Of a stretch of DNA of 64,000 nt, positions 25,777 to 39,072 are shown piece by piece. The notes below the pieces were generated by a model. It was not told the origin of the DNA. It was given only the letters and a program-made list of their open reading frames with translations, and searched no databases. A program made the translations under genes and the position numbers. The stretch is from Octopus sinensis (lineage: Eukaryota). The DNA lies in assembly GCF_006345805.1 (NCBI RefSeq), contig NC_043006.1, forward strand, positions 37,076,001-37,140,000, given 5' to 3'. The stretch's first letter is position 1. Each line of letters begins with the position of its first letter.

Positions 25777-25937
25777 GTATATATTATTTAATAACATTTT
25801 GAGTCGACTCCATATAGCTTAAAGTTTCGTATACTTGTAGAACGAACCTAACTCCTGACGAGATAGGTTCGCTTTACGAGCCTACGAGATTTTAAGTTGT
25901 AAGGAGCTGAGTCAAACTGTTCTTAAATTCTAGATAT
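25777..25937. repeat. Gapless imperfect palindrome (about 74-bp arms, 13-nt loop), foldback/MITE-like
   Basis: Positions i and 51714-i pair without gaps. The inner 35 bp give 32/35 pairs on the + strand, including 5 G-U. Confidence 0.8.
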
Positions 25938-26829
25938 CTCTCTCTCTCATTCTCCCCCCTCTCTCTATACGTATACATTTATGCATGTGTGTATGTGTGT
26001 GCGTGTGTGTGTTTGTGTATTTGTCCCCCACAGCTTGACAATCTGGTTTATTTACTGTCCCCGTGATGTAACGGTTCGTCAAGAGGGACGAATACAACAA
26101 TTATGAGACATTTAAAAAAAAAATTCCGGGGTCGATTTGTTCGACAAGTATCGTGTTGTTTTGATTTCACCGCCATCTCAGCAAAAGTTTGATCGTGAAA
26201 TCATCCCTACACCTTCTATCACTTCCTCATTAGACTTGTTTTTGTTGTTGTTGTTGTAGCTTCCTGCTATTATTGTTGTCTCATGAATCTGGTGGTGGCA
26301 TGAACAGATTTTCCTGCTATTTCCTTGTTGAATCTGACAGTAGATGTGACCGCAGCCGAAGTTCCAAACGAGAAAGAATATAAGACATATGCAAGACAGT
26401 TCCTTTCTTTACTCAGCGAAGCAGTGGTCGTTATTTAAAAATTGAGCAAAAATTTATAACAATTAAAAAATTCTCTTCAACAAAATTTAACAAACCAACT
26501 GGAGCCGATACCACGTGCACCCAACATAGACGTGGTCACTCGCGTTGATTTCAACGTTTGAGCGTTTGAAGGAGAGGAATTAAATAGGAAAAAAAAAAAG
26601 AGAGAGAAAAAAGACACAACTTGTGAAATAAAAGATGCGACTATTTGTGATGGATGCGTGAATATAATTTGAGTCCAGGGATGGATTTTGCTATAAAGTC
26701 ACAATGGGAACATTGATGATTTTGATTTTACCTGAGATTGGTAAAAAATGTGTGTTGATTGCAGGATATAATTCTTTTATGTTTCTGTTTCTTCACCTGA
26801 AATTGTTTTGGTGCATCATAACACATTTT

Positions 26830-27790
26830 ACGCTATGCAGATTTATCTAGGCACTGACTTTCCCGAGACGTCAACTTAATTTGTAGAGACTTTAGCGATT
26901 GCTTCAACTTATCATTATAACTAAAGACGCGTCTTCCTTTACTGCAGTATCTTCTACTTGTTGGCCATACGAAAAGAATTTTCGGGATGCGGTCTTCTTT
27001 CATTCGAACATTATGTCCTACCCATCTGCATTGAATTCTGAACAGCATGATTTTGATACTGGAGATATCACATTTTCTAAGACTTTGGCATTGATATCTT
27101 GCCATTTTATGCTGCAGATATTGCACCGACAGCACATGTGAAAGGTTTCAAGTTTCTCTATATGTCTGTACTAGGGAGTCTATGTTCCTACCCTATACAA
27201 AAGTGTACTCATATACACTTATTTTAGCTTTCAGACCGACACTGTGTTCATCCCACAAACGATGGGGAAACTTTCTCAAAAGCACTTTTAGCTTTAGATA
27301 TTCTAACATTGACTTTGTTACCAAGAGTACTCTTAAGATTTACTGTACTTCCAAGACATTAAATGACCTGGCCCGTTTGAGTGGCTTTTTGTCAATAATC
27401 GCATTTGAATCTTGAGCATGTTCTGCCCTAGGCTTTGTCTGGAATAAAACTTCTGTCTTGTTGATGCTGATAGTCAGTCCAAATGCACGAGCTGCCGCAG
27501 CAAAGCTCTCGACCATTTCCTGAATTCACTCAAATGTTTGAGAAATCAAAGCGCAATCACCAGCAAGCAGAAAATCACGTAGAATCTCTTCTTTGGTCTT
27601 TTTCTTTGATCCAAAACGTTGTCCTTTCAGATTTAGTAGACCTCCTTCTGTGCGAAATTGGAATTTTACACCTTCATGGTAATACCCGAAAGCATGTTGA
27701 AACATCATTGAAAAGAATATGGGAAAAAGTACAGGAGCTAAAACACAACCCTGTTTGGTTCTAGTGGCAACAAATAATACCTCAGAACAT
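26830..27790 (-). mobile_element. RTE-clade (BovB-like) LINE fragment: RT domain to C-terminus, degenerate
   Basis: TKQGCVLAPVLFPIFFSMM...GVKFQFRTEGGLLNL...LRDFLLAGDCAL, then GLTISINKTEVL and IQCRWVGHNVRMKEDRIPKILF. Confidence 0.9.
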
Positions 27791-27887
27791 TGGCTGCTAA
27801 ATAATACCAACAACAATAACAACAACAATAATAATGATGATAATAATAATAATGATGATGATGATAATAATAATAATAATAATAATA

Positions 27888-27918
<31 letters not shown>

Positions 27919-28547
27919 GTTTCTACTGTAGGAATAGGGCCTGAATAATAATAATTACAAACACAGACACACACATGCACACACATACAGAGGGGAGAGA
28001 GAGAGGGGGGGAGAGAAAACAAGGGAGAAAGAGAGAGGATTTTGATAATCGTTCTGTAATTCGAATTTTCTTTCACTCACCTCTCACACACACGCGTACA
28101 CATACAGGCACATGCACGCACACCTATATTCCGACATGCATCAGGAGGGTACCAAGTGCACGAACAAAGTGAGATTTGGCAACCGACCAACGTACTTGTC
28201 TGTGGTATGACATTACAGTGTTCCTGAAAAGTGCAGCTTCCTTCCACATTACATCATATCACACCTGAATCACAAGTGGAGAGAAGATCATCCCCGACGC
28301 CTCATCACAACACATTCATCTTACATCAGAACATGTGGAAAAGCAAACGGAATATAAGATACAGAATTATTAATAGCAGCAACAAGAAGGAGTAATAAGA
28401 AAAGGATGATGAGGAGGAGAAAAAGAAGGAGAAGAGGAGGAGGAGAAGGAGGAGGAAGAAGAAGCTGATGATGGAGAAGAAAAATGATGGAAAAGAAGAT
28501 GATGATGATAAAAAAAGATCATGATGAGAAAAAGATGATGATGAGAA

Positions 28548-28613
<66 letters not shown>

Positions 28614-28900
28614 GAAGAAGAAGAAGAAGACGAAGAAGAAAGGCAACTGCAACTATAACAGCAAAAATAATTGCTTCGAATTTTGGCACAAAGCCAGCAA
28701 TTTTTTTAGGGGTGGGGGATGAGTGACAGTGAATACCAGTATTTAATTGGTGTTTTATTTTATCGGTCCCAGAAAGAGAAAAAAGCAAAGATGTCAATGG
28801 AATTTGAACTTAGAATTCCATTGGCAAAAAAAAGATGTCGTAAGGCAATTCTTTCGACACGCTAACCATTCTGCTAATCCAACATCCAACCACCACCACC

Positions 28901-28959
<59 letters not shown>

Positions 28960-29148
28960 ACTACTACTACTACTACTACTACTACTGCTGTTGTTGATGT
29001 TTTCTTCATTAACTTCTAAGTGTTCGCCAAATGATCGAGAACGGTACAAGACAATACAATGTGGGGATCGCATAAAAGCATTTAATAAGTATAAAAATAA
29101 AGAAACCACGAAGAAACTAAGAAGCAAAAACCAATTCCCCAAAAGTGG

Positions 29149-29258
29149 GAAACCTCAAAGAGCTGCGTGTAGAAAACCCCAATGAGTTGCCTGTAGAAAC
29201 CCCAAACAGCTGCGTGTAGAAACCCTAAAAAGCTGCGTGTAGAAACCCCATAAAACCG
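29149..29258 (+). repeat. About 23-bp minisatellite (AAACCCCAAAAAGCTGCGTGTAG), 4-5 units
   Basis: Directly visible in the sequence. Confidence 0.85.
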
Positions 29259-29480
29259 CGGTCAGCCTAACCATTAGAACAAGTAACCTCTCTCCCTATC
29301 CTCCTCCCTCATTCTACAGGTGCATGGTCAGAGCAAGCCCGTTCGCTCAGGCCATCCTTGCCACTTTCATCCACTTTTCAACAAATTTACTGGGAGGCAG
29401 CACTTCTCTCTCTCTGTCCCCACTTACTTTTTCAAGTGAATTTTGTAAAAGTTGATGTAGGCTTGGCCAGAGATAAAGGT

Positions 29481-29825
29481 GTGGAGGTGCATGGCTTAGT
29501 GGTTAGGATGTTAGACTCATTATCGTAAGATTGTGGTTTCGATTCCTGGATCAGGCGACGCGTGGTGTTTTTGAGCAAAACACTTCCTTTCACGTTGCTG
29601 TGGAGGTGCATGGCTTAGTGGTTAGGGTTTTGGACTCATTATCGTAAGATTGTGGTTTCAATTCCTGGTTTGGGCAATGTATTGTGTTCTTGAGTAAAAC
29701 ACTTCATTCCATGTTGCTCTAGTTCACTCAGCTGGCGAAAATGTGTTAATCCTGTTATGGACTGGCGTCCTGTCCAGGGGAATATTTATGCGATAGAAAC
29801 CGGGAAACCGGCCCTTATGAGAAAG
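29481..29825 (+). mobile_element. F3 SINE with a tandemly duplicated 119-bp 5' part
   Basis: GTGGAGGTGCATGGCTTAGTGGTTAGG starts at both 29481 and 29600. Only the second copy continues to the 3' end. Confidence 0.88.
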
Positions 29826-29829
29826 TACT

Positions 29830-30110
29830 TTTTATCATCCTTTCAGTCTAATCACACTATCTCTTTCGTCAAAGCCACCAAACAGATAAAGAATGTCCTT
29901 TTAGGCCAAAGGAACGTGGTGATACAATCTTCACAAAGGATCCAGCTGGATCCGTCATATGCATAAGTCCGTAATGCGCGGTTCATAAAATCGGCTAGTC
30001 GCCTCACCCGACTCTCGGTTTTGAAAACCAGACTTCTATATCCTCTTTCCCAGTTGATAGGGAGCATAATGTGTCGCATATCGGCCAAGGTTTCCTATTG
30101 TTGCCCTTTT
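29830..30110 (-). mobile_element. Possible very old RTE LINE 3' remnant
   Basis: ESRVRRLADFMNRALRTYAYDGSSWILCEDC weakly resembles the RTE RRLRWFGHV.R...SW.KKC region. Confidence 0.3.
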
Positions 30111-30569
30111 CAGGACACACTAACTACCCCTCTGATCTTCATGAGGCAGAGACATGTAATTTTTCCCTTCCTTGCTTTTGGACAAATTCCTAAGTTAATC
30201 TCGGTTATACACACATGAATAATCAAAGAGAGGTGCTTCAACTCTATCCTTTAACATGATTATACTTCTTAAAAAATAGCTTCTTTTGGTAGTATTTCTA
30301 AAAGCAAGAAGTAACTGCAATGTACTGCTCCAACGGTTAATCAACCAGTCCTTACTGATTTAACAGAGCTCATAAAACAGCTTCCTGTGGTCATTTTTTA
30401 CAAAACCTCAGAAAACAATTCTGTTTTCCAAATGTTTTGAAATCAACATTATCAGAAAAGGGGGATCCATCCATACTATTTTAAGAATTCAATGAATAGT
30501 CCCGTTTTCTGCAGCTGTGATCTGTTGATAATTTAGAGATATAAGCTTATAACGGAAACCCCATCTCCA

Positions 30570-30900
30570 TAAGTTCTAGGTTTGGCTTAATTCAAGAGTT
30601 TGTCGATGGCCATGCAAACAACAGCTTTGTCAGATGTTTCAAAAATGAACTAGAATTTGCTTCTATCTGCCGTTGATGCATACAAGATGTTCTCTGGAGA
30701 ATATGCATACCGTTTCAATACAAGTGAGTGGAATAAAGTTATGGAGTGCAAAGTTCAAATGCATTTCAAATCTTTCAAATTGTCAATGGCAAAGTTTACA
30801 CTGATAGATAAACATGCTTTAGGGTTGGGTAACTGGAAAACGATGCTCAGACGGAGTTCAGCACTGTCAAAATTTCTTTTTCCCAAACAGCTAAATATCG
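30570..30900 (-). pseudogene. Possible hAT transposase C-terminal dimerisation-domain relic
   Basis: Broken frame SSYPTLKHVYLSV*TLPLTI*KI*NAF resembles the hAT YPNL...LTLPVT...ERSFS motif. Many stops. Confidence 0.3.
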
Positions 30901-32074
30901 TGACCCTTTGCCTGTTTTGTGTATCATATGAGATACATCATATATGATGCAGATTCCCAATTTTTCCAACCCCGAGAGAAACGTGAAACTTATGAAAAAC
31001 AAAAGACACGCTTTCTAGTTCTCAAAATGTATAAAATATGGGCTAACTAAATGTCTGAAAATAAGTATAGACGTTTAGGACAAACTTATGAAAACGCTTT
31101 GGACAGGTAAAGGGATGAATTTTTTCAGCAAAGATTACTGAATGATTATTCAAGTGATTTCACATTTACTCAATCCTTTTTTCTTATTGAATTTGCCTGG
31201 CTCCTCTATATACTATTTATACAATTAAATATAATTTACTATTAATATTAAGTTCATTTCTGGATTACTATAAACGTATTGGAAACCAATTTCATTTCTT
31301 ACATGCAAGATAACGGTCGAGAGAAATCCAGTGGAGTTCTGTTACAATGAATGTGTTGTCATTAAGAACAATTCATCCATTATGAACAATTTATGGCTAG
31401 TTTTCAACCTAGACAACATCGGTGACTAGAAATTTCACACTGGTTTGAAATGCAGTTAAACGAAATGAATCCTTCAGCCGTGAAGGCAAAATGGAGTAAT
31501 GTTATTTATTGAAAGCTGAGTCTGCGTGAGTGGACGCTTCGTGTTTCAAACCAGGCAAATAAAGAGTGAAGACAAGAAACTGCGTATAACTCAAAATAAT
31601 ATACATGTATATATGTATGTAAAGACGCGTGGCCTAGTGGTTAGGGTATTGCTCTTACGATTGCTACATCGTAGGTTTGATTGCCGGACTGAGCGACTCG
31701 TTGCATTTTAAAGCAAAACACTTCACTTTACGCTGCTCCAGTCCACTCAACCGTAAATGGGTGACACTGCGACGGACTAGCTTGCCGATCGGCGGAAATG
31801 TTGGCATTATTCGAAAGCTAAAACAATGCAAAGCGCACTGTGACTAGCGAATTATAACAACAAGTAGTTAAAGTATAGATATTATTAGCTGTAGTGGTTA
31901 TGATATAGTTAATATTGCACCTAAGGACTTATGGGTTATTTCTACAAGATCGGAATGTTGAACTGTGAACTTTTATGCTTCTTTTTTCTTTTCTTTCTTC
32001 ATCTCCTTATTCCTTTACTCCTGTCCTCTATGTCGTCATTTCATTAATTTATACTCTTCTCATTTTCCCTATTT

Positions 32075-32130
32075 GTCTCCAATGACGGAATATCCCACAC
32101 TCTGGGATATCTCAGAAACAGCTGTAAGAC
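32075..32130 (+). ncRNA. Decayed type I hammerhead-like motif in a Penelope-like remnant (about 32040-32212)
   Basis: GUCU-CCAAUGA-...AUAUCCCA/CACUC/UGGGAUAU...-GAAAC-AGCU-GUA-AGAC. Stem I GUCU:AGAC, an 8-bp helix II and a palindromic loop III are present, but the core has 2 mismatches to CUGAUGA. Confidence 0.5.
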
Positions 32131-32206
32131 TTTGATTTTTTCCAATTATAATAATAATGTATACGACACGAGATGTTTGCCTTAACGTTTGTTGTCTTCT
32201 TTAACA

Positions 32207-32252
<46 letters not shown>

Positions 32253-33127
32253 ACACACACACACACCATATAGATACTCTTTACTTGTTTCCATAACTTA
32301 ACTACGGCCATGCTGTAGCCCACCTTTAGTCGAAGAAATCGACTCCAGGGTTTATTCTTTGTAAGCCTAGTACTTATCCTATCGGTCTTTTAGGCCGAAC
32401 CGCTAAGTTACGAGGACGTAAACACACCAACATCGGTTGTCAAGCGATGGTGGGGGAACAAACACACGCACACACACACATACGACTGGCTTCTTTCAGT
32501 TTCCGTCTACCAAATTCACTCACAAGGTTTTGGTTGGCCTGAGGATATAGTAGAAGATATTTGGCTAAGGCACCACGCAGTGGGACTGAACCTGGAACCA
32601 TATGGTTGGCAAGCAAGCTACTTAACACACAGCTACACTTGCGCCTATGAGCCACACCTGCGCCTATACATGTGTATGTGTGTGTTTTTGTGTGTGTGTG
32701 TGTGTGTACGCGGTTGTGCTTGTGTTGATAGCACTGTATCATTTGACAACAGGTGTCGGTTTGTTTATGTCCTCGAAACAATATCTTTTCAGCAAAAAGT
32801 ACCGATAGAATAAGTACGACGTTAAAAAAAAAGTACTTGGGTTGTTCTATTCAACTAAAAGAAAAAAGCAGACCCTTCAATGAAGTGCTCCAGCCAGTGC
32901 GGCCGTAGTTCAATGAGAATAACAAACAAGTAAAAGAAAACGTAAAGGATGTTAGGTTATTAAAAAGAGCTGCGCATCCCCTGCACCTTTCCCTTATCTT
33001 GTTAAATGGGACACGGAAATAGCACTTGAAGACTTCTGGCCGTCTAAAAAGATTGATAAATCACAAACATAAATCTACAAATGCACCAAGGAGTACAGTC
33101 TTCTCTCGTTTTAAATTTCACCAGCGC

Positions 33128-33343
33128 ATGTATGTATGTATGTATGTATGTATGTATGTATGTATGTATGTATGTATGTATGTATGTATGTATGTATGTA
33201 TGTATTTATGTATGTATGCATGCATGTGTTTGTGTGTACGTATGTATGTATGTATGTATGTAGTATGTATGTATGTATGTATGTATGTATGTACGCACGC
33301 ATGAATGTATAAGTGTAGATAGGTGTATATGTACGGGTATATG

Positions 33344-33385
<42 letters not shown>

Positions 33386-33578
33386 ATATGCATGTATGTA
33401 CGTATGATGCCTGTATGCTGGTGTAAACGTATATATTTATATATACTTGTACATACACACAAACACACGTATATCAATATATACATTTATATATGATACT
33501 CATACGCAAATACATATAGCCTGTGTCTCTGATGTCTGTTTATTCCTATGTATAAACATACAAATATATATATATGTA

Positions 33579-33622
<44 letters not shown>

Positions 33623-33781
33623 ATATATATATTTGTAAATATATATAGAGAGAGAGAGCTAAAAGTACGTGTATGTATATTCGTGTGTATGTATTTGTGT
33701 GTATATGTGTGTGTTTGTGTGTGCATGCATACATGCATACATACATATATGTATACATGTGTGTATATATATATATTATAT

Positions 33782-33860
<79 letters not shown>

Positions 33861-34037
33861 GCACACATATATATATACATATATATATCTTACATCAATA
33901 ACTTCCCTTCATTACATACGTTTGGCAATTACAGTTGCGCTTGCATCTGTATGTAATCAGCTCATAATAATTTGTTTTTGAAAATTTCCCTATCATCTAT
34001 CTATCTATCTATCTACCTACCTACCTACCTACCTATC

Positions 34038-34111
<74 letters not shown>

Positions 34112-34251
34112 GTATGTATGTATGTATGTATGTATGTATGTATGTATGTATGTATGTATGTATGTATGTATCTATCTATCTGTCTGTTTGTCTGACTGCC
34201 TGCCTGTCTGTTTGTCTACCTATCTACGTACCTACTTGCATACCCACCAAC

Positions 34252-34320
<69 letters not shown>

Positions 34321-34395
34321 GATCGATCGGTCGATGTATGTATGTATGTGTCTGTCTGTATATTAACGTACTTACCCACATACATACCTACAAAC

Positions 34396-34476
<81 letters not shown>

Positions 34477-34620
34477 CATCTATGTATCTCACTAAATATG
34501 TATGTATGCATGCATGCATGCGTGTGTGTATGTACGCTTGTATGTGTGTATGCACGTATGTATGTTTTTATGCATGTATCTATTTATGTATGTATGTAAA
34601 CATGTATATATAGTGGGGGG
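33128..34620. repeat. Compound microsatellite field: (TATG)n, (TA)n, (TCTA)n
   Basis: Directly visible. It is the source of about 15 spurious ORFs. Confidence 0.95.
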
Positions 34621-34767
34621 AAACCTACATCTGTATGCATATCAGTATTATATTCCCCCTTTACAACATCGTAATTAAGGGTGAACTTTCGAATTCAAGG
34701 GAGTTTTCTTTTTCCCACAAGCAATCTGTTTTCCGTTATATAAAACGAATAGTGGCAGACGGAAACT

Positions 34768-34798
<31 letters not shown>

Positions 34799-35213
34799 GT
34801 ACGCACACGCACGCACGCACGCACAGAGTGAGAGAGGCACTGAGAATCTGGTGTTATGACTAAACGGTTGCGGAACAATGATTATATAAAGAATAATGCA
34901 TACCAGTGATTACCAACGTATAGTTTGTATACTATTCCTTTATACTTGAGACGAGCTGGTTCGATTTCTCTTGGGAACTAACACGAGTACTTGACAATGA
35001 GAAGCCGCAATAACGGCGAAATGCGCATCTGTCGATCTCGTGATCTCTTCTGGAGTGATATCGTTTCGTGTGGTTCTGAAATACTCTGTGTTTATTTTTT
35101 GCGCAATACGTATGCAATGTGATTTTCCTGGACGAATATTTCTGCTGCTGGCGTTTCAAAAAAACACACATACATTATGTTATTCATTCATACATACATG
35201 CATGTATACATGG

Positions 35214-35251
<38 letters not shown>

Positions 35252-35555
35252 ACATACATACATACATACATACATACATACATACATACATTCGTATACT
35301 TATTTAACAAGAATAATATCGATAGTAACTTCGAAGTTTCAGCCAGCTAAGCAATTATTGATGATGGATTGGGTGAAACTTCAAGTGGCTGAGGTTAAGC
35401 TAATAGTAACGTGGAACAGCTACTTGGTGAATGACTTACTTGTTAGTATAGTTACTACTTTGATCTCTTCTTGAGATTTTGCATCTAGTTATTTTGCTTG
35501 TTGCAAATCACTGCCCGATGGTCGATTTGTGTGCAATATGTTGCTGGGACGGCTA

Positions 35556-35606
35556 CTCTCGACTGATGATGAGCCAAGAAGCTCGAAACGGAGCCAGTCT
35601 CGTGAA
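35556..35606 (+). ncRNA. Type I hammerhead ribozyme with an intact catalytic core; predicted cleavage after C35599
   Basis: UCUCGA-CUGAUGA-U-GAGC-CAAGAA-GCUC-GAAAC-GGAGCCA-GUC-UCGUGA. All core nucleotides are present, helix II is 4 bp, helix I pairs 5/6 and helix III is minimal (AC:GU). Confidence 0.7.
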
Positions 35607-36069
35607 CCCGTTCTCTGCTAGAGGATAGTATGGGTTCGCTCCCAATGGTAGCAATATATATTGTATATAGAAGGTGCAACGTCGCACCGATAACTTGGGG
35701 GTTAAACTTGTAGTAACAGAGAATAGCCTACTTTGACGTGGCAAATGATTTCACTTATATATATATGAGCAATTTTCGTAGCCATTTTAACATGGCTCTC
35801 CGATCGAGCGAAATTCTGCTCGAACGGTCAGCCAAGTTAAAGTGGATTTGAATATTACTTGTCAGTACAACTACTGCGTTGATCTCTTACAGAGATTTTA
35901 GAACTGTGCGTGTGTGTGTGTGTGTATGTGTATGTATTGTGTCTGAGGAGAGTCATTCTCTTTTAGTACTTTATTATATAACAGACACAATAAAATATGC
36001 TTCGACAAACGAATTCACATAAAGAATCTTGGAAACCAAATTCAAAAACTATATATATATATATATATA

Positions 36070-37239
36070 TCTTTATATATATAAAACTGAGAATGTGTGT
36101 CTGTCTGTCTGTGTGTTTCCCTAAAACTTGATAACTACACAACCAATTTCATTCAAATTTTACACATGTCTTACTTAGGGTCCGGGGAGTGTCATCGGCA
36201 AAATAAATTTGAACTTTTTGCCTAGGGCCAGCCCACAGCAATATCATATCTTCTCCACTACGATTCCCTAAAACTTGAGAACTACACAACCGATTCCATT
36301 CAAATTTTACACATGCCTTACTTAGGGTCCATGTAGTTTCATGGGCAAAAAAAAATGTTCAACTTCTTGCCTAGAGCGAGCCCATAGCAATATTATATCT
36401 TCTCCACTGTTTCAGTATTACGTGTTAAAAGTGAAACAAAAACGTTTCTCTATTTTATGTCAGATACTTCCACTTTAACAATAAAAATAATAATAACAAT
36501 TGAATTATCTGTAGTAAGGAATAATTAAAATCAAACTAAAGTAACATGGCAAAAGTAAAAATAGCAATTGGTATAAAATTGCATCAGTGATTTGAACTTG
36601 AATAAGTGGTTTCACATGAATGGGAGTAAATTAAAAATAAAATTAGCGTGCAGAAATGGAATAGTCCAGATGGATAATAAAATAAAAAATTAAAGAAAAG
36701 ACTATTGTCTATAAAGTATACAATGTAGAGAAAAAAAGAAGATTTGAACACATGGAGGAAAGCACCTTCGAAAAGTGTCTTGGTGCCACTATGAAAGGTA
36801 TCTAATCAGAGGCGGTAAATTCGCCACAATAGAAGCAAAGTTCGAGTCAACGGAGCGTGCAAGGGAGTACTCGACTCGAACTTGCAAAGTGGAAATATTT
36901 TATTTTTACCTTTATATCTGGGACGTAGGACGTTCCGGAAAAAATTTAAATTATCCCCCCCCCCAAGTAGAGGTAGGCTGGATTGTAGCCACACTTCTAT
37001 ACAAGAGGGAGGACAAGATACAATTGATCAAAATTACAAGAGACGGGCTAACAATTCCAGTCTGTTATATATTTTGAGTATTGTTATCACTAGCGATATC
37101 AAGATATAACTTTGTATTTTGAATTTTATGTGTAGATGTATATATATATAGATGTACATGTAATATGTACACATATATATACACATATATATACATGCAC
37201 TACCTCTATGACCCGGCAACGACGGGTCTTTAATGCTAG
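36070..37239 (+). mobile_element. Non-autonomous Helitron (1170 bp)
   Basis: 5' TC after A, 3' hairpin GACCCGGCAACGACGGGTC (37210-37228), then CTAG (37236-37239) followed by T. Internal tandem unit of about 147 bp at 36119-36260 and 36266-36408. Confidence 0.85.
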
Positions 37240-37487
37240 TATATTATATATGTATGTATTTAATTATATATTTGTGTCAGTGACAGAAACAGTCGTTATT
37301 CGGAATTTCATTGGCACGAACCCACAAACAGTAGAGTTCTAATTGAAGATGCCTGCACTTTGCAGCGTATGAAACTGCTTGCGATGGCCGTTTGTGCCAC
37401 CAAAAGGCCGCCTGCAAATGTGAGCACTAAAATTGATTGAGTGGTTTTCATTCTTTTATATGCAAACACTTACACGACGCACACATA

Positions 37488-38386
37488 TGTATACATACAT
37501 ACATACATACATACATACATACATACACACACACATACATACATACATACATACATACATACATACATACATACATACATACATACATGCATACATACAT
37601 ACATACATACATACACACATACATACATACATACATACATACATACATACATGAATACATACATACATACATACATACATACATACATACATACATACAT
37701 ACATACATACATACATACACACATACATGCATACACACATACATACATACATACATACATACATACATACATGCATACACACATACATACATACATACAT
37801 ACATACATACATACATACATACATACATACATACATACATACATACATACATACATACATACATACACACATACATACATACATACATACATACATACAT
37901 ACATACATACATACATACATACATGCTACATACATACATACTACATACATACACACATACACACACACATACATACATACATACAGACATACATACATAC
38001 ATACATACATACATACATACCATACATACATACATACATACTACATACATACATACATACATACATACATGCATACATACATACACATACATACACACAT
38101 ACACACACACATACATAACATACACACACATACATACATACATACATACATACATACTACATACATACATACATACATACATACATACATACAACATACA
38201 TACATACATACATACATACTACATACATACATACACACATGCATACATACATACATACATACATACATACACACATACATACATACATACATACATACAT
38301 ACACACATGCATACATACATACATACATACATACATACATACATACATACATACATACATACATACATACATACATACATACACAC
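37488..38386. repeat. About 900-bp (ACAT)n microsatellite
   Basis: Longest simple repeat in the window. Confidence 0.97.
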
Positions 38387-38575
38387 ATGGAAATCAGCTG
38401 CCCAGCGAATGTTAACATAAAGCTAAAAATCAGCTTAAAAGAGAATGCTTACGCTGAACTATTGAGAAAACTGCAGTTACTCTATCCTGATTACAAGTTC
38501 CGGTTTCTACCTGTAATTATTGGAGCCCTGGGATATATAACACACTGCTTAAATATCAATCTTGAGAAATTAGAC
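38387..38575 (+). mobile_element. Fragment of the RLE endonuclease region of another RLE-type LINE family
   Basis: EISCPANVNIKLKISLKENAYAELLRKLQLLYPDYKFRFLPVIIGALGYI matches the layout of the E/D..K-Y..L...PVIIGALG RLE tail. It starts exactly at the end of (ACAT)n. Confidence 0.65.
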
Positions 38576-38994
38576 TTGAGAAAATACGAAGAAAGAATAA
38601 ATCTCCTGGTGCAGGATATTTTAAGAAAGCAAAATCTCCTGGTGCAGGGTGTGGCTAAACCTGAGTTCTTGGGGAAAGTTTGCAACTTCTTAATTCATGG
38701 AAACTTCGAAGACGCTATCACTCGTCTTCCACTAAAAGAGCAATAAATATGTGATATACAGTAAAAAAAAAGACTATTGAGTGATAATTCTTCACTTTAA
38801 ATTTAATTTCTTTTTGATATTACTCGACATAAAAACATTAATACACACAAACACACACGCACACACACAAACACACACTCACACTCATACATACACGCAC
38901 ATTTATTATTATTTCGCTTACGTATGGCGATGCTAATACCTTGGTATACATGTGCTTTAAAAAAAGCATCAGTCCCTTATCCTTTATTCAAATT

Positions 38995-39072
<78 letters not shown>

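Noticed and set aside
35325-35385. Pre-miRNA-like hairpin ACTTCGAAGTTTCAGCCAG...TTGGGTGAAACTTCAAGT
   Set aside because: Short stem inside a probable Penelope-type remnant, better explained as an inverted terminal-repeat junction.
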